Shown piece by piece: positions 12,700 through 37,751 of a DNA stretch of 64,000 nt. Source of the DNA: the human T2T-CHM13v2.0 reference genome, Homo sapiens; NCBI RefSeq assembly GCF_009914755.1, contig NC_060947.1; one strand, written 5' to 3'. How positions within the stretch are numbered: the first letter of the stretch is position 1; each line of letters opens with the position of its first letter. A program made the position numbers and the translations under genes. Below the pieces are notes generated by a model. That model saw only the letters and a list, made by a program, of their open reading frames with translations. It was not told the DNA's origin and ran no database searches.

Positions 12700-14025
12700 C
12701 AAATTTGATTCTTGATTTCATGTGTTGCAAATATTTTATTCCACTCTGTGCCTTGAATTTTCCTTGGTGGTGTTTTTACATGAAAAGTTCTGATTTAATA
12801 TAATCTAATTGTCATTTTTTTTCCATTATGGTGATAATAAAGAAAGAGAATCATGCCTGCTCCCAGTTCACGAAAGAGAATGTTGCTTATTCCCAGTTCA
12901 TGAAAATATTTTTATATGCTACCTTATGTAATGTTTCATCTATTACATTTAGAATGACAATCCACCTGGAATTAATTTTTATGTGTGTTCAAAAGCAGGA
13001 GTCAATCTAGCATGTATATTGGAAAAAAACTTCTATAAGTTAATAAGAAAAGATAGGTAATAAAATAAAACGGACAAGATACTTCAACAGTCATTTCAGA
13101 AAAGGAAATATTCAAATGACCAATCAATCAGCATATGAAAATGTGATTGACATTACAACTCATCAGGAATATGAAAATTAAAATCACAACTACACATACA
13201 TCAGACTCCATGTACATCAAAATGGCTAAAATTTAAAACAGGCAATAATACTCTAAAGTTGGGGTTGCTTCCTCTGTCATATACTGCTTGTGAGAGGAGG
13301 AAAAGTAAATTCTTAAAACCACTATATAAAATTGTCTGGTAATATTAACTAAAATTTAACATACACAGAACCAGGGACCCAAAATTCCATTCCAAACTAA
13401 ATATCTAAAATTGTGTGTGTGTGTGTGTTCATGTGGGTAACAATCCAATTGTTCTTTAACTGAAAAATAAATTATGCCATATTCATACAGTAAAATACAA
13501 CAGTGAAAATACATGAACTGCTATATGCAACCACATGGATAAATACTATAGCCATAATGCTGAACAGACAAGCTAGACATAAAATGCATACATAAGGATT
13601 TCATTTATATAAACTTATACAAAATTATAATATTATAACTCAGGGTATAACTCAGGGTTATTATAATATATAATATATAATTATATTATTATATAAAAAT
13701 TATAATTTATTATAGAATTATAATATAATTTATATAATTTATATAATATAATTTATATATATTATAAAAATTATATAAAATATATAGTATATATATAATT
13801 ATAATATTATAACTCAGGGTATTTTTTGTATTGTCTTATTTTGCTTTGTTTTGTTTAGAGAGGAGAGGGAAGGAAACTTGTTAGGTATCAGTAATGTCCG
13901 TTATTTTGACTTGATTAGTGGATACCTATATGTGATTATAGTATAATTCACTGAACTGTACACTTAATATTTTGCATTTTTTTCTGATTGTGTTTTGTAT
14001 TTCAACAATAAAATTTATTTTTAAA
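12700..14025 (+). mobile_element. Ancient L1ME-type 3' fragment, apparently 5'-inverted (about 12700-13000 minus, about 13000-14025 plus)
   Basis: Antisense ORF2 motifs (TGTTGCAAATATTTT, ATCCACCTGGAATTAATTTTT) then sense motifs (TATTCAAATGACCAAT, CAACCACATGGATAAAT) ending in AATAAA. Confidence 0.6.
13600..13822. repeat. AT-only low-complexity tract bracketed by a direct repeat
   Basis: About 150 nt of almost only A/T. AATTATAATATTATAACTCAGGGT occurs at 13623-13646 and 13797-13820. Confidence 0.9.
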
Positions 14026-14271
14026 AATTTGATTTTTTTTGTTTTTTTTTAAATTTTATTATTATTATACTTCTTTAAGTTTTAGGGTACATGTGCACAA
14101 CGTGCACGTTTGTTACATATGTATACATGTGCCATGTTGGTGTGCTGCACCCATTAACTTGTCATTTAGCATTAGGTATATCCCCTAATGTTATCCCTCC
14201 CCCCTCCCCCCACCCCACAACAGTCCCCGGTGTGTGATGTTCCCCTTCTTGTGTCCATGTGTTCTCACTGT

Positions 14272-18096
<3,825 letters not shown>

Positions 18097-18159
18097 TATG
18101 ATGTTAGCTGGTTATTTTGCTCGTTAGTTGATGCAGTTTCTTCCTAGTCTCAATGGTCT

Positions 18160-19176
18160 TTACATTTTGGCATGATTTTGCAGCGGCTGGTACCGGTTGT
18201 TCCTTTCCATGTTTAGCGCTTCCTTCAGGAGCTCTTTTAGGGCAGGCCTGGTGGTGAGAAAATCTCTCAGCATTTGCTTGTCTGTAAAGGATTTTATTTC
18301 TCCTTCGCTTATGAAGCTTAGTTTGGCTGGATATGAAATTCTGGGTTTAAAATTCTTTTCTTTAAGAATGTTGAATATTGGCCCCCACTCTCTTCTGGCT
18401 TGTAGGGTTTCTGCCGAGAGATCCGCTGTTAGTCTGATGGGCTTCCCTTTGAGGGTAACCCGACCTTTCTCTCTGGCTGCCCTTAACATTTTTTCCTTCA
18501 TTTCAACTTTGGTGAATCTGACAATTATGTGTCTTGGAGTTGCTCTTCTCGAGGAGTATCTTTGTGGCGTTCTCTGTATTTCCTGAATCTGAACGTTGGC
18601 CTGCCTTGCTAGATTGGGGAAGTTCTCCTGGATAATATCCTGCAGAGTGTTTTCCAACTTGGTTCCATTCTCCCCATCACTTTCAGGTACACCAATCAGA
18701 CGTAGATTTGGTCTTCTCACATAGTCCCATATTTCTTGGAGGCTTTGCTCATTTCTTTTTATTCTTTTTTCTCTAAACTTCCCTTCTCACTTCATTTCAT
18801 TCATTTCATCTTCCATTGCTGATACCCTTTCTTCCAGTTGATCGCATTGGCTCCTGAGGCTTCTGCATTCTTCACATAGTTCTCGAGCCTTGGTTTTCAG
18901 CTCCATCAGCTCCTTTAAGCACTTCTCTGTATTGGTTATTCTAGTTAAACATTCTTCTAAATTTTTTTGAAAGTTTTCAACTTCTTTGCCTTTGGTTTGA
19001 ATGTCCTCCCGTAGCTCAGAGTAATTTGATCGTCTGAAGCCTTCTTCTCTCAGCTCGTCAAAGTCATTCTCCATCCAGCTTTGTTCCGTTGCTGGTGAGG
19101 AACTGCATTCCTTTGGAGGAGGAGAGGCACTCTGCTTTTTAGAGTTTCCAGTTTTTCTGTTCTGTGTTTTCCCCAT
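18160..19176 (-). pseudogene. L1 ORF1p, full 1017-nt span with one premature stop
   Basis: MGKTQNRKTGNSK...LQNHAKM. In-frame TGA at 18787-18789 replaces the consensus Arg codon (CpG decay). Confidence 0.97.
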
Positions 19177-20080
19177 CTTTGTGGTTTTATCTACTTTTGG
19201 TCTTTGATGATGGTGATGTACAGATGGGTTTTTGGTGTGCATGTCCTTTCTGTTTGTTAGTTTTCCTTCTAACAGACAGGACCCTCAGCTGCAGGTCTGT
19301 TGGAATACCCTGCCATGTGAGGTGTCAGTGTGCCCCTGCTGGGGGGTGCCTCCCACTTAGGCTGCTCGGGGGTCAGGGGTCAGGGACCCACTTGAGGAGG
19401 CAGTCTGCCTGTTCTCAGATCTCCAGCTGCGTGCTGGGAGAACCACTGCTCTCTTCAAAGCTGTCAGACAGGGACATTTAAGTCTGCAGAGGTTACTGCT
19501 GTCTTTTTGTTTGTCTGTGCCCTGCCCCCAGAGGTGGAGCCTACAGAGGCAGGCAGGCCTCCTTGAGCTGTGGTGGGCTCCACCCAGTTCGAGCTTCCCG
19601 GCTGCTTTGTTTACCTAAGCAAGCCTGGGCAATGGCAGTCGCCCCTCCCCCAGCCTCGCGGCCGCCTTGCAGTTTGATCTCAGACTGCTGTGCTAGCAAT
19701 CAGCGAGACTCCGTGGGCGTAGGACCCTCCAAGCCAGGTGCGGGATATAATCTCGTGATGCGCCGTTTTTTAAGCCCGTCGGAAAAGTGCAGTAATCGGG
19801 TGGGAGTGACCCGATTTTCCAGGTGCCGTCTGTCACCCCTTTCTTTGACAAGGAAAGGGAACTCCCTGACCCCTTGCGCTTCCCAAGTGAGGCAATGCCT
19901 CGCCCTGCTTCGGCTCGCGCATTGTGCGCGCACCCACTGACTTGCGCCCACTGTCTGGCACTCCCTAGTGAGATGAACCCGGTACCTCAGATGGAAATGC
20001 AGAAATCACCTGTCTTCTGCGTCGCTCACGCTGGTTGCTGTAGACGGAGCTGTTCCTATTCGGCCCTCTTGGCTCCTCCC
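19177..20080 (-). promoter_or_regulatory. L1 5'UTR internal sense and antisense promoter, lacking the 129-bp ZNF93-binding segment
   Basis: CpG-rich compared with the flanks. Junction CACATGGCAGGGTATTCCAACAGACC (reverse complement of about 19294-19319) is the deleted form seen in L1PA2/L1HS. Confidence 0.75.
19632..19940 (+). CDS. L1 ORF0 homolog (antisense ORF in the 5'UTR), open for 102 aa
   Basis: MAVAPPPASRPPCSLISDCCASNQRDSVGVGPS matches primate L1 ORF0. ATG at 19632 lies in the 19563-19940 frame. Expression not shown. Confidence 0.6.
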   Translation: MAVAPPPASRPPCSLISDCCASNQRDSVGVGPSKPGAGYNLVMRRFLSPSEKCSNRVGVTRFSRCRLSPLSLTRKGNSLTPCASQVRQCLALLRLAHCARTH

Positions 20081-20469
20081 TCGGTTTTGGCAGTCTTAAA
20101 TGGTAATACAGGAAGCTCATTTAGGATCCAGTTGAATAATCCTCAAACTGCCCCACTCTTCTTTCTTATTAAGAATTTAAGGCTGCCTAGTGCAGTACTC
20201 TTCTTCTTTTCAGTACACAAATATATATTAAAGAAAGTGACAATTATCCTTCATGATGTGAAGGGCTACAAATTTTCCCATAATAATTTCTAGCTTTCCT
20301 GAATAACCACCATCCCAGAATTTATCTAAATCTAAATAAAATGAATTGATCTTTCTAACTATACCTACCACTAAGGGTAATGAGCACTATACATTTTCTA
20401 GTATATGTTAAGAAATAAGTACTCCATTTGAGTTGTTTCCAGTGCAGATTTTTAAGCATCAATAAACTT

Positions 20470-22400
20470 GTTTCAGTTACATTAATAACTGATAAACACT
20501 TCTTTTCCATCCACTTAGTTTCCGAACACTGCTTTAGGCACTCTGTATTTGATATTTTTAATTCTCACAATGATGATTATAATACTGTGGAAGGATTCAT
20601 TGAATAAATATAAGTGTTTTACATGAATCTTATACTCTTATCAATATTCTGAAATGTTTATTATTGCAATTCCCACTAAAATTACTGTTATGGGGGAACT
20701 GAGTCTCAGAGGAATTAAAACTTGTTAAACAACAAACAGCTACTACCTAGAAAAGTGGAGAATAGAGCCCATATCTGAACCCTAAGGGTGGGCTTTTTTC
20801 ACTACTTTACAATCATGTGATACACTAAAAATGAAGCAATGGATGAGAAGACCAATATCTTGGTTTGTGTCCTAATATTCCACTTAAGACATGCATAAAC
20901 TTGGGCTTATTATTTAACTTCTTTCAGATTCAGCTGTTTCTTTTAAAAAATGGAGCAGGATGTTGAATCAAATGTGATTCTGAATGCAAAATGTAGAACT
21001 GTAAATTATTATATAATGACAAATGAAATTAATAATGCTGAATATAGACACTATGCCTAACACAATGTCTGATATATATTAGGTGTTTAATATGTGTTGG
21101 GAGAAAGGAAAAATGGGAGTAAAGGGGAAAGTGAGAAAAGGCAGATGAAATGTTAAGTAACATGGGCTTAGATATGAGGTAGAATTGGATTCAAATGTGG
21201 CAGTCACTTATTAGCTCTGAGACCTTGAGAAGATTACTTACCTAATCAGTATATTGTTTTCTCATGTACCAGGCAGCATAATGCCTTATGATGATTAGAA
21301 AGAATGTATGCAAAGAACCTAGCATAGTATTTGACATGCATTAATAGCTCATTGAAAAATGATGATGGACTAATTTGTTGGACATGGCCTATTCACATAA
21401 AAAGTGTCCTACTATTCCAACCTCTGTAGTGGTAGTAGTTGGTTTAAGAATATGACATGAGTTAACATTGCTAATCTTATTATTATCATTCATTAACTCA
21501 CCATTCATTAAGGCTCTACCCTGTGTAAACCCTGTACTAGGTATTGGTAATTATAAAACAGCAAAACAAGGTTCTTGAGGCTAAATGCTTACAGATTACT
21601 ACTAATATCTCTGAAAAAAACAGAATCTGGAAATGAGCCTTCCAGAATATCAAATTCATGTGTCAAACATATAATCTTAATTAGGAGGTTAAGCTAAGAT
21701 CTCGTGGGGAGAATGTCCTCTCTTTTACTTTCTCTTTCTCTGTCTCTCTGTCTCTCTCTCTTACTCTCTCCCAGTCTCTTGCTGCTGCCTCTAAGACCTA
21801 AAGGTAAATCCACCTTTCTTCAGTGCAGTCCCTGTCATTTTCTCCTTGATGTTGATCTTTCAGAGTGGGATTGGAAAGGAAAGGAAAGGACAAACAAAAA
21901 GAAAATTCTCATGCCTTGGATGAATTTTCAATTGTGACTTGGGAGATCTTACAGACCTGTAGGATGGCATTTCACTTGGCTGGAAACCAAATTCTAAAAT
22001 TCTAAGGCTTAAGTAGAACAAGTTTCAGCAATGTGATTATACAGATAATTTACTTTGTGACCTCGCTGAAGTCCATTAATGCTATGTTTTTCCCTTTTTA
22101 TATTACGGAGACCGTGCTAAGTGCATTGCTTTTGTAAAATCACATTTGATTTTCACAATAACCCCATAAAATAGATTCTATTACAGTTTGTTTTTACTAC
22201 ATATAAATAAAATAGAGGCTTAAAGTCATATCAGGAAATATGTCAGTATAACAGAAAGGATTAAAATAAGAATACCAAGATCTAAGCTCAAGTCCTAACT
22301 CCTACTTATGACTTGAACTTGGATAAAATTATAATTTCACTTTAACTTGCTCATTTATGAAATGAGGGTGCTGAGCTATAATGTATCTATTTTTACTTCC
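20470..22400. mobile_element. Cluster of degraded MIR/L2 fragments in both orientations
   Basis: MIR-core-like motifs: GGGGAACTGAGTCTCAGAG (about 20695), TAGCTCTGAGACCTTGAGAAG (about 21215), ATAGAGGCTTAAAG (about 22210). Confidence 0.6.
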
Positions 22401-22934
22401 AGTCCCAAAATTATAATTATTTACTCTATTTTCACTGGAATCTGAGTAAAAATAATTTACACGGTATTTTTGGTAAACTAACTCCTTACTTACTCTAGTA
22501 TATAAAAACTATTTTTCCAAAATTTTAGTGAGATTCTCCATTTAGAAATAATTATAGACACAGTCTTTTTGAAGAGTTATGAACAATGCAACTCAGATAT
22601 TATTTATATTTAATAGACTAAGGTTATATTTACCATTTATAATCCATGCACCAGTATGACCTTCAAACAGCCCAAGACTTAAATGCACCCATTGCCATAG
22701 AGCAATTTTTTCAATCTTTTTTTCCAATAGAAACAGGACTACTCAGAACCACTCACAACTCACAATGACATACTCTTCCCAGGCAATTATTTAATGATTA
22801 TTTAATAATAACAAAAAAAGACATTACTTTTCAAGCAATATCAGTGACTGCTATATTTAAACAAATTTTGCCCATGTAATAGAAATATAGTTATTACTAT
22901 ATAAAAATACGAGTATTTCATGAGACCAGTCAGC

Positions 22935-23025
22935 TAGATCAATGCTTTTCAAATTTTAATGTGTATAGGAATCACTTCGAGATCTTGTTAAAAAGCAGGT
23001 TTGCATTCATTAGGTACCTCTGAGG
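22935..23025. mobile_element. MER5-type hAT fragment cut off just before the L1
   Basis: TCAATGCTTTTCAAATTTTAATGTGTATAGGAATCAC...CTTGTTAAAAAGCAG resembles MER5A. Confidence 0.5.
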
Positions 23026-23060
23026 TGATACCTGATATTCTCTATTTAAAATGAGTTTCC

Positions 23061-30120
<7,060 letters not shown>

Positions 30121-30122
30121 CA

Positions 30123-30428
<306 letters not shown>

Positions 30429-32030
30429 TTAATTACCGAACCTATTCAAATACAAATATAATAAATATAAACCAGAAACTTCAAACTATGTGTTTATGTA
30501 TTACTAAGCCCTTATTTTAGGCACAATTAACTTGTGTTAAAATTCACTAGCAAAACATCATCTAATGAGTCTAAGCAAATTTGCCTTCAACTTCACATAT
30601 AAAGTTCAAAGCATCACTTTAGTTAAAAGTTACTGTAAAAACAAAGACTTCACCCATTTTCCTGGGCTTTATGCAAATTGTCTGACATTAAGGAGATTCA
30701 TAACCTTAAGTCTTCAGACTACAGTATTTTCTTCAACTCAAAAACTTTGCTGTAAATTGTGCATAAAGCCCTAACACAGATTATTGAGGAAATTTAAATA
30801 CATTTAATTAGTTACTATGCCTCCTTAAAGTGATAGGACATTGAACTATCATGTTAGAGGTCTCCTATTGAGTTCACTAACCCTAGAGATTATAGTAGAA
30901 GAGGTACACAGTGAACACTTTTGAAGCACAGTGAAAAAGACTGAACAAAAGGAAAATGTACAAAGACAACTGATAACAAAGATTCATGTGGTATGGGGAA
31001 AGACAGCAGCCACTGGGACTAATTTGCAGGGTTTTTTTCAGGCTAGGCGAATTATATAAAACACAGGACTTGATTAACTGTGTACATGTAAGCTTATATT
31101 TACAATTTTCTGCTCTTGAAAATATGATCATACATGAAGGATGCTGAATTTAGCGTTTCTTGTTGTTGTTAAAGAGAAGTAATTATCTCTTCTGATCGTG
31201 TTGCCTAAAAGCTTCCAACCTATATGTCACTTCCAGAGATTTGTATGTTTGGAGCTACTTATTGTTTCATATTTAAAATCAAAGTAGATGATTGTCCCTA
31301 TGTAGCTTTGTGAGTAAATAAATAAGTATAATGATACTGATATAAAGTTGATAGCCGTCCACATTATCCCTTTTCTTGTGTAGATTAATGATATTTGGAA
31401 GGAAATTAATTGAAGCATTTATCTCTATTTTTGTCTAAAAGGCAAAATACACAAGGTGAACTAGTAATAGTAAAGATTTAGACACAAATGGATTGTGCTA
31501 CATTTATTAAGGAAACAACTTGTTTTGTCATACACATCAAGGAAAGTGGATAGAAAGATTTCTTTATTCTGCCTTTTTTTTGAGAACTATTTGAAAGCTA
31601 CTGAAAACTAGAATATTTTCAAGACACCAGCAACAGTACTCCTAAGAATGATCATTTGAAATCTAACTTGGATTACGCATATTCAGAAAAAATTTATTTC
31701 TCCATTTAAATATCCATATAACCATGAGTGTAAAAAACAAATGTAAATATTCCACCTGCAGCACTTTCACTCTAAAACCCATTTTCAACACTGTTGACAA
31801 AAAAATAACATAACGTGTTAGCCTAAGTCATATATTACAGAAGAATTCTGAATAGGTAGAATCAGAAAAGGAGTTTTTTAAAGAGAAATCAGAACCTGTT
31901 CCAACTCTGCAGCCTCACTTGAATATGCTTGCAGAAGTTTACATGCACAGTAAAATTATATGATCAGAACATCTATCAGGTGAGGACATATTAGTGCCTG
32001 GAAAATGCAATTGCCCTTGCAGGCCAGATT

Positions 32031-32097
32031 TTAACGTGATTTTGATGCAATTGTCAATAACAGCAGACAAATCATTCCGACGAAACAGGATGTCATG
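32031..32097 (-). CDS. Putative terminal coding exon portion, (C)MTSCFVGMICLLLLTIASKSR*
   Basis: Acceptor CTCAC..CTTTTTTCTTTAG|C. In frame with the upstream candidate exons. AATAAA on the minus strand at 31693-31698. Confidence 0.35.
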
Positions 32098-32649
32098 CTA
32101 AAGAAAAAAGATCTACACATGTGAGTATGTCATTCATTTCTTGACAGAAAAATAATGAAATGGTCTCAAAATAGGAATATTGTTTATCACAACAATAATT
32201 TCCCACGAACCCATGTAAAGAATTCAAAGTTCACTATCACTTCTTTATATGTGCTACAAAACCAAATATCCATCTAAGGATTAATAATGATAACCATTGA
32301 ATCATCATTGTATTATCTTAAATGTTTTTAAATTTCAAGTTCATATTTAAATATGCATCAATAATTACTAAAATTACTAATATCAGCTGTTAAGGTATCA
32401 ATATAAAATACCTCACTGAAAATAATCCATGCTATTTTGGAGATTTAGTGATTCTTCATTTATTCTTACTTTCTGCCAAAGACCATGTTGGATACTTTCA
32501 AGATAGTACAAACATACATGATAGCCACCTAGCTTTTAAGCATACACATCATTGATTGCTGGCAAGAAGAGACAGAAAGAAAACATTTTTAAATTGGAGG
32601 ATGAACGTTACTGAAGAGTGGGAGATAGTTTTCTTGGCAGGAGTCTTAC

Positions 32650-32710
32650 CAGCCTGTAAGGAACAGTTGAATGATAAACAGTGTATCAGAACTACAAATG
32701 TGTTTCTGGT
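32650..32710 (-). CDS. Putative 61-nt internal exon
   Basis: U-rich acceptor ..TTTTAAACACCATAG| and donor CTG|GTAAGA. Reads QKHICSSDTLFIIQLFLTG. Confidence 0.38.
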
Positions 32711-33599
32711 CTATGGTGTTTAAAACAACAATAACAGCAACAACAAAATATGATAGCTGAAAGATTAAATATATACAATTTAAAAATACGAAGTAGTCAA
32801 CACTAAGAAATGTACCATTTTTCTCCCTTAGAAATTGGAAAACTTTTATACTATGTAATAATGATAATGAATACAAATTTGCACTTGCATAATTATAATT
32901 AGGCACTATCATGGCAAGAAAATCCAATATCATTCTCAGGCAAAACCCGTGTTTCTTTATGAAAATACTGGAGCAAGAAGATTAATATTTTATATGTAGG
33001 GCTTTAATGCAACGATGGAGCCCTAACACGCGATATTGCCAGCATTTTGGTGTTGTTACTATTTTTATCCTATTGTACCAATGATTAATTAACCCAGGCC
33101 TACTTTCTCAAGCCAGGACGTTGAGGGTGATGAAACTCAGTGGACCACACTCAGCCAAAATTTTATGTACATAAGGAAGGGAGAAGAGAGCTCAGTGAGA
33201 AAGACAGAGACATCAGAGAATCAGAAATAGTCACGGGGCAATGTTGTGTTATTAGAGCTGTAATAGAATGATAAAGTAATACCAAAAAGCTTTGTTATAC
33301 AGTAATCTGGATACACTATTTTCCCTGACTAGACTATTAAAGGGGATATATTCAGGAAATTTGTTTATTTTTGTTCCCTAACATCCAATTTGAGAATATT
33401 TCATGAAGAATAGCAATTAAAACTGTGCCTTATGTGTAGTAGGAGCTCAAATATTTCTTGATTTTCTTACTGATTCAGCCATAAATCCTCAGTTCAACAT
33501 ACAAGCACCTCTTAAGTACAATATTATGTAGTGTTGATTTATTACAATGCCATTTTTGTTTTGATTTTTTTTCATTTGTGTGTGTGTTACATATGAGTT

Positions 33600-34040
33600 C
33601 ACTCATGAGAAGTGATTCATATGGGTCTGAGGAATACAGCTGTGAAGAAACCAGACAAAAAGCCTTGACATCATTGTGAAAAAAAGCATACAATACACAA
33701 ATGTACAAGTGAAACACATGGCAGGTGAAATGGTGATAAGTTCTATAAAGAAGACTAAAGCAGGAAATGAGTAGAGAGTGCTGATATTTTAAATACAATA
33801 GTCAAAACAAGCCTCAATGATTTTGAAGTTGAAAAATGACTTGAAATTTGAGAGAGCTAGAGAGACAGCTATCTGGAGGGAAAACATTATAGGCACAGGA
33901 AGCAGAAGGTTGTCAACAACAGTATGAGATAAGGTGGTCTATCAAAACCATGAAAAGTTGATGTAATCACTTAGGGATTAAGTGTAAATAAGAGGCTCCA
34001 GGAATGATGCTTGAAGAACACCAAAATTTAAAAGGCTGAG
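33600..34040 (-). mobile_element. L2 fragment
   Basis: Purine-rich L2-like motifs (GGTGATAAGTTCTATAAAGAAGA, TATCTGGAGGGAAAACATTATAGGCACAGG). Confidence 0.6.
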
Positions 34041-35364
34041 AGATCAATTCCAGCACACGTGCTCCCTTTCTTTCTCCTCCCTCCTTGTTCTTTCTCCACT
34101 TAATTATCTGTGTGCTCTTATATACACTCAGGAATGAGAACTAGTAGAGCCAACTATATACTGTTGGCATTCTCCCAGACATTAAGTGTCAAAAATAGCA
34201 TACTGCCAATATTGCTCTAACTATCCTGAGTTGAGTGTTTTGCCGTGTGCGTTATTTACACCACTGTGGCCTTTCTCCCCTTCATTTTAGATTCTGGCTA
34301 ACAGATTTGATTATAAGTTTAAAGCAATAGTATCAGGTCTGTCCTGAGAAAAATATTGCCAAGGTGAATATTAAAATATAAGTTTTATGGTGACTAGAGT
34401 TACCTTTACGCAAATGGTGGAAAAAAACAGGGTAAAAAATTGCAAGTAAACAAAGACTGGGAAAGCCCTTTGATATTATGAAATGTATCACAAACTACTT
34501 CAACTTGGGAAGACTGATCAAAATAATATGAAGGAAACTATGGCCAGAGACATTTCATGATTTCAGAGGATTTAAAGAGAACAGAAAAGTAGATGTCAAT
34601 GTAATATTTCTGGACACTTCTCCGTAGAGGCTTTGCTGAAAAGGCTCTGACTAATTCAGTTAGTGCTCCCATTTGCAGAAATGCAGTCCACAGGCATATC
34701 CATAATGTGTTCTTTCTTTTGGTTGGCCATAAAGCAACATTTTTAATGGAAATTTTACTAGTTATTAAAGAACCCCCCTCTTCCAGTCCAGTCCATTATG
34801 TCTTTTGAGGTTGAATTTACTTGAAATTTGTCTCAAAGAGTGTTTAGATATTAAAGACTATTTAATCAAAACTCCCTGTTTTACAGATAATGAAATGAGG
34901 TCTAGGGAGGAGCAATAACTTGCTGAAAGTCAGTACATCAATTGGATGACATATCTGGCACTTTAACTTCTGTCTTCAGACTTTCTCTTCATGTGAAAAA
35001 TTAATAATAAGTAAATACAAAGCAAACAAGACTATAAAGTTCTTCCTCCTTCGCCTTTTAAACTCATAGCACATTTCCCTCTTCTAGAATATTCAGATGT
35101 ATATTTTATACAAAGAATAATGCAAGACCTCTGTAATTTTCCTTTAGCTATTTGCCAGATTAGACACTATTACACACTCTGAGCAAAGAAACCATGTCTA
35201 ACTCATCTTTCAATATTGCTATGACACTTAAAAATATTTCACATATTGCAAGAACCCACAGAATATCAACGGAAAGTTGATCAAGTGAAAGGAGTCACTT
35301 CTTGACATGTACAAAAATGAACCACACATATGAACCTTATGGTTTATTTTCCATTAAGTAATAC

Positions 35365-35600
35365 CTGCTGTCATTTACTTAGTGTTGAGTACTGTGCTAA
35401 GAAATTCACCACATCCATATTTTACTTTATCTTCACAACAACATAATGAGATAGGAGTTATTACTATCCTCATTTTATAGGTGAGGGAATTGAGGGTCAA
35501 GCAAAAATTTGCAACTTGCCATGATTATATAGCTAGTAAGATGTATGAAGCAGAGACTAGAATGTGGGCCTGGCTGATTTCAAATCTTGGGATTTTCTTA
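35365..35600 (-). mobile_element. MIR SINE
   Basis: TATCCTCATTTTATAGGTGAGGGAATTGAGG MIR core. Confidence 0.75.
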
Positions 35601-37751
35601 GATATTATACTGTACTTCCTCCTAATTAAAAAATAATTAAAAAAACAATAATGAGATCTAGACTGAAAATTACCCTGGCTTGTACCAAAATCTAAATGGG
35701 ACAATAGAAAAATGAAATTTTCCATATGATTTCTTGGGACTTATTACTCAACATTTTTCACTGTTTCTGGATTTTAGAAACGAATACAAAGATTTTGGTT
35801 GAAGACTGAAAGAAGTGTAGAAGTCTAACCCAAACAGTGATTCCACCAGCATTTACAAAAATTAAGAGTAAATCTGTTGGCCCACTAATGGTAGTAAATG
35901 AAATCTTTGGGAATGATTTCAGTGATGTATATGACAAAAGATATCTGAACTTTACTGCTTTTATGTTATATAGCAGCATATTTTTACAATTTAATTTCTT
36001 TTAACGAGACCTACTCCTATACAGCTACACTTAATAATGGCCACTAATGAGAACCCACAGTATGTTTAGTCTTTAGTCCTTATAACAGGCATGAAAGAAT
36101 GCATTAGAATCGTTACTTTGCAAGACTATAATTGTCATAAAATTCTTGTTAGCCCAAGAAGACATTTAACTGGCAGACTGTATGTTTCTGACAGTTTCCA
36201 AAGATTTCAGACAAAGGCAGAAAAAGGAGCTTACAAATGTCAGTGACTTGGGCTAGGATTGTTTTTCACACCTTGTGTGTAATCATGTCTTATTTAATCA
36301 CTTTTGTCTTATTCAATCACTTTAGCAAACTTTTTTTAAATCAATGTGCTTCTAAAAATGCATTTGAGGATCTTTGTCAAATAAACTACTTTAGAAATTG
36401 TACCTCCACAGTTTTCTAAAATTGTGTCCATTTGTCCTTCTAGAATTTCCTGTCTGTAATTTTAGAGAACTCTATTTTTTCTGAGATCTTCATTGCATTC
36501 ATATACTATTTCTGCATTAAAAACGAGGGACTGACATCACCTTCAAAAATTCTTGCAGGAGCAGAAGATAGGTATGAAGATGTATCTAACACTTTGGTCT
36601 ATCAAAGGAATTCATGGCACCACATCTTGGGAAAACAGCTTCCTTGGGGAATATTCCATATGTGAATAATAATGTGAATCTTTGTATTATTGTCCGTGAA
36701 AGTAGCATTTGTTTGAATAAAAGAAAATTCTACTGTAGTATGACATCCACATGGAATTCAAATGATTAAACACATATTGTTGGTCCTTTCAATATTGTAT
36801 TACTTTTTTGCCCTCCATACTATGCTCCCGCCAAAAAAAGAAAGACATTGCAAATAACACTATTCAGTGTTAAATCTTGTCTATAAGCTTGTAAAATCTT
36901 GAGTGCAAAATGTAAGTTACTTCCTGTAGTATTCTTACTGTCAATATGAAAATATATTTGAAAAAAAAGTTCTACCTAATAACACAGAGATATTATGTAC
37001 TGTTTTTCTCTGTCTAAACAACCTCATTCAAGCTTAGGAAAACTTCTGCTAACATGGTTTAAAATTTCTCTCTCTTTTGCTTTCTCTCTCTCTCTCTCTT
37101 CCTTTTTCTCTTGCTCTCTCCCTGTTGCTCTCGTTCTTGTTCCTTCCTCTTTTTGATAGGTTCAATATTCTAATCACTGATTAGTGCACCAAGCAGCCTA
37201 ATAAATATCTTTGATGGGAATTTAATGAGAAAAAGAAGTCCTCATCAATTTCAAGTGAAGTTTTACCAAAACACTTAATACATTACACTCAGCTTATAAT
37301 AGAATGGAGGCTAATTTTTAAAAATTAGGAGGCCCAAATTAGGATTTTGGCTCTGCAAATTACAAGTCATATTGTCTTTCACAGTTCTTCATGCTCCAGA
37401 TTTTATCTGTAGAATTTAAAAAAAACTTGCCCATATTTCTAGGTTGTTCTGAATCTTATATAAAATTCAGGATATAAAAATGAATTTCAAACTGTCAAGT
37501 AAAATACTTGAGTAAGGAAATTAGAGAAATATTAGTATTTCTCTAATTTGAGTCTCACAAAATAGTGAGAGTTGTAAATTCTAAATAATTTTAAGGCAAT
37601 ACAGTTTGATTATCTTCAAAGGTGGGAAGTAATTCCCACTAGGTTCGTGCCTTACTGACTGATTCAATAAATACTTAAGAATAAGTTAAAATTCACATCT
37701 CACTTGGGAAATGTTTCAGGCCATTGAAATATTCTTTTCTTTTAAATCTCA

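Noticed and set aside
32100-32126. Plus-strand donor CAT|GTGAGT
   Set aside because: No convincing upstream acceptor. The same bases are better read as the branch point of the minus-strand acceptor.
35758-35979. 73-aa minus-strand ORF in unique DNA
   Set aside because: No good splice boundaries and no motif; length expected by chance.
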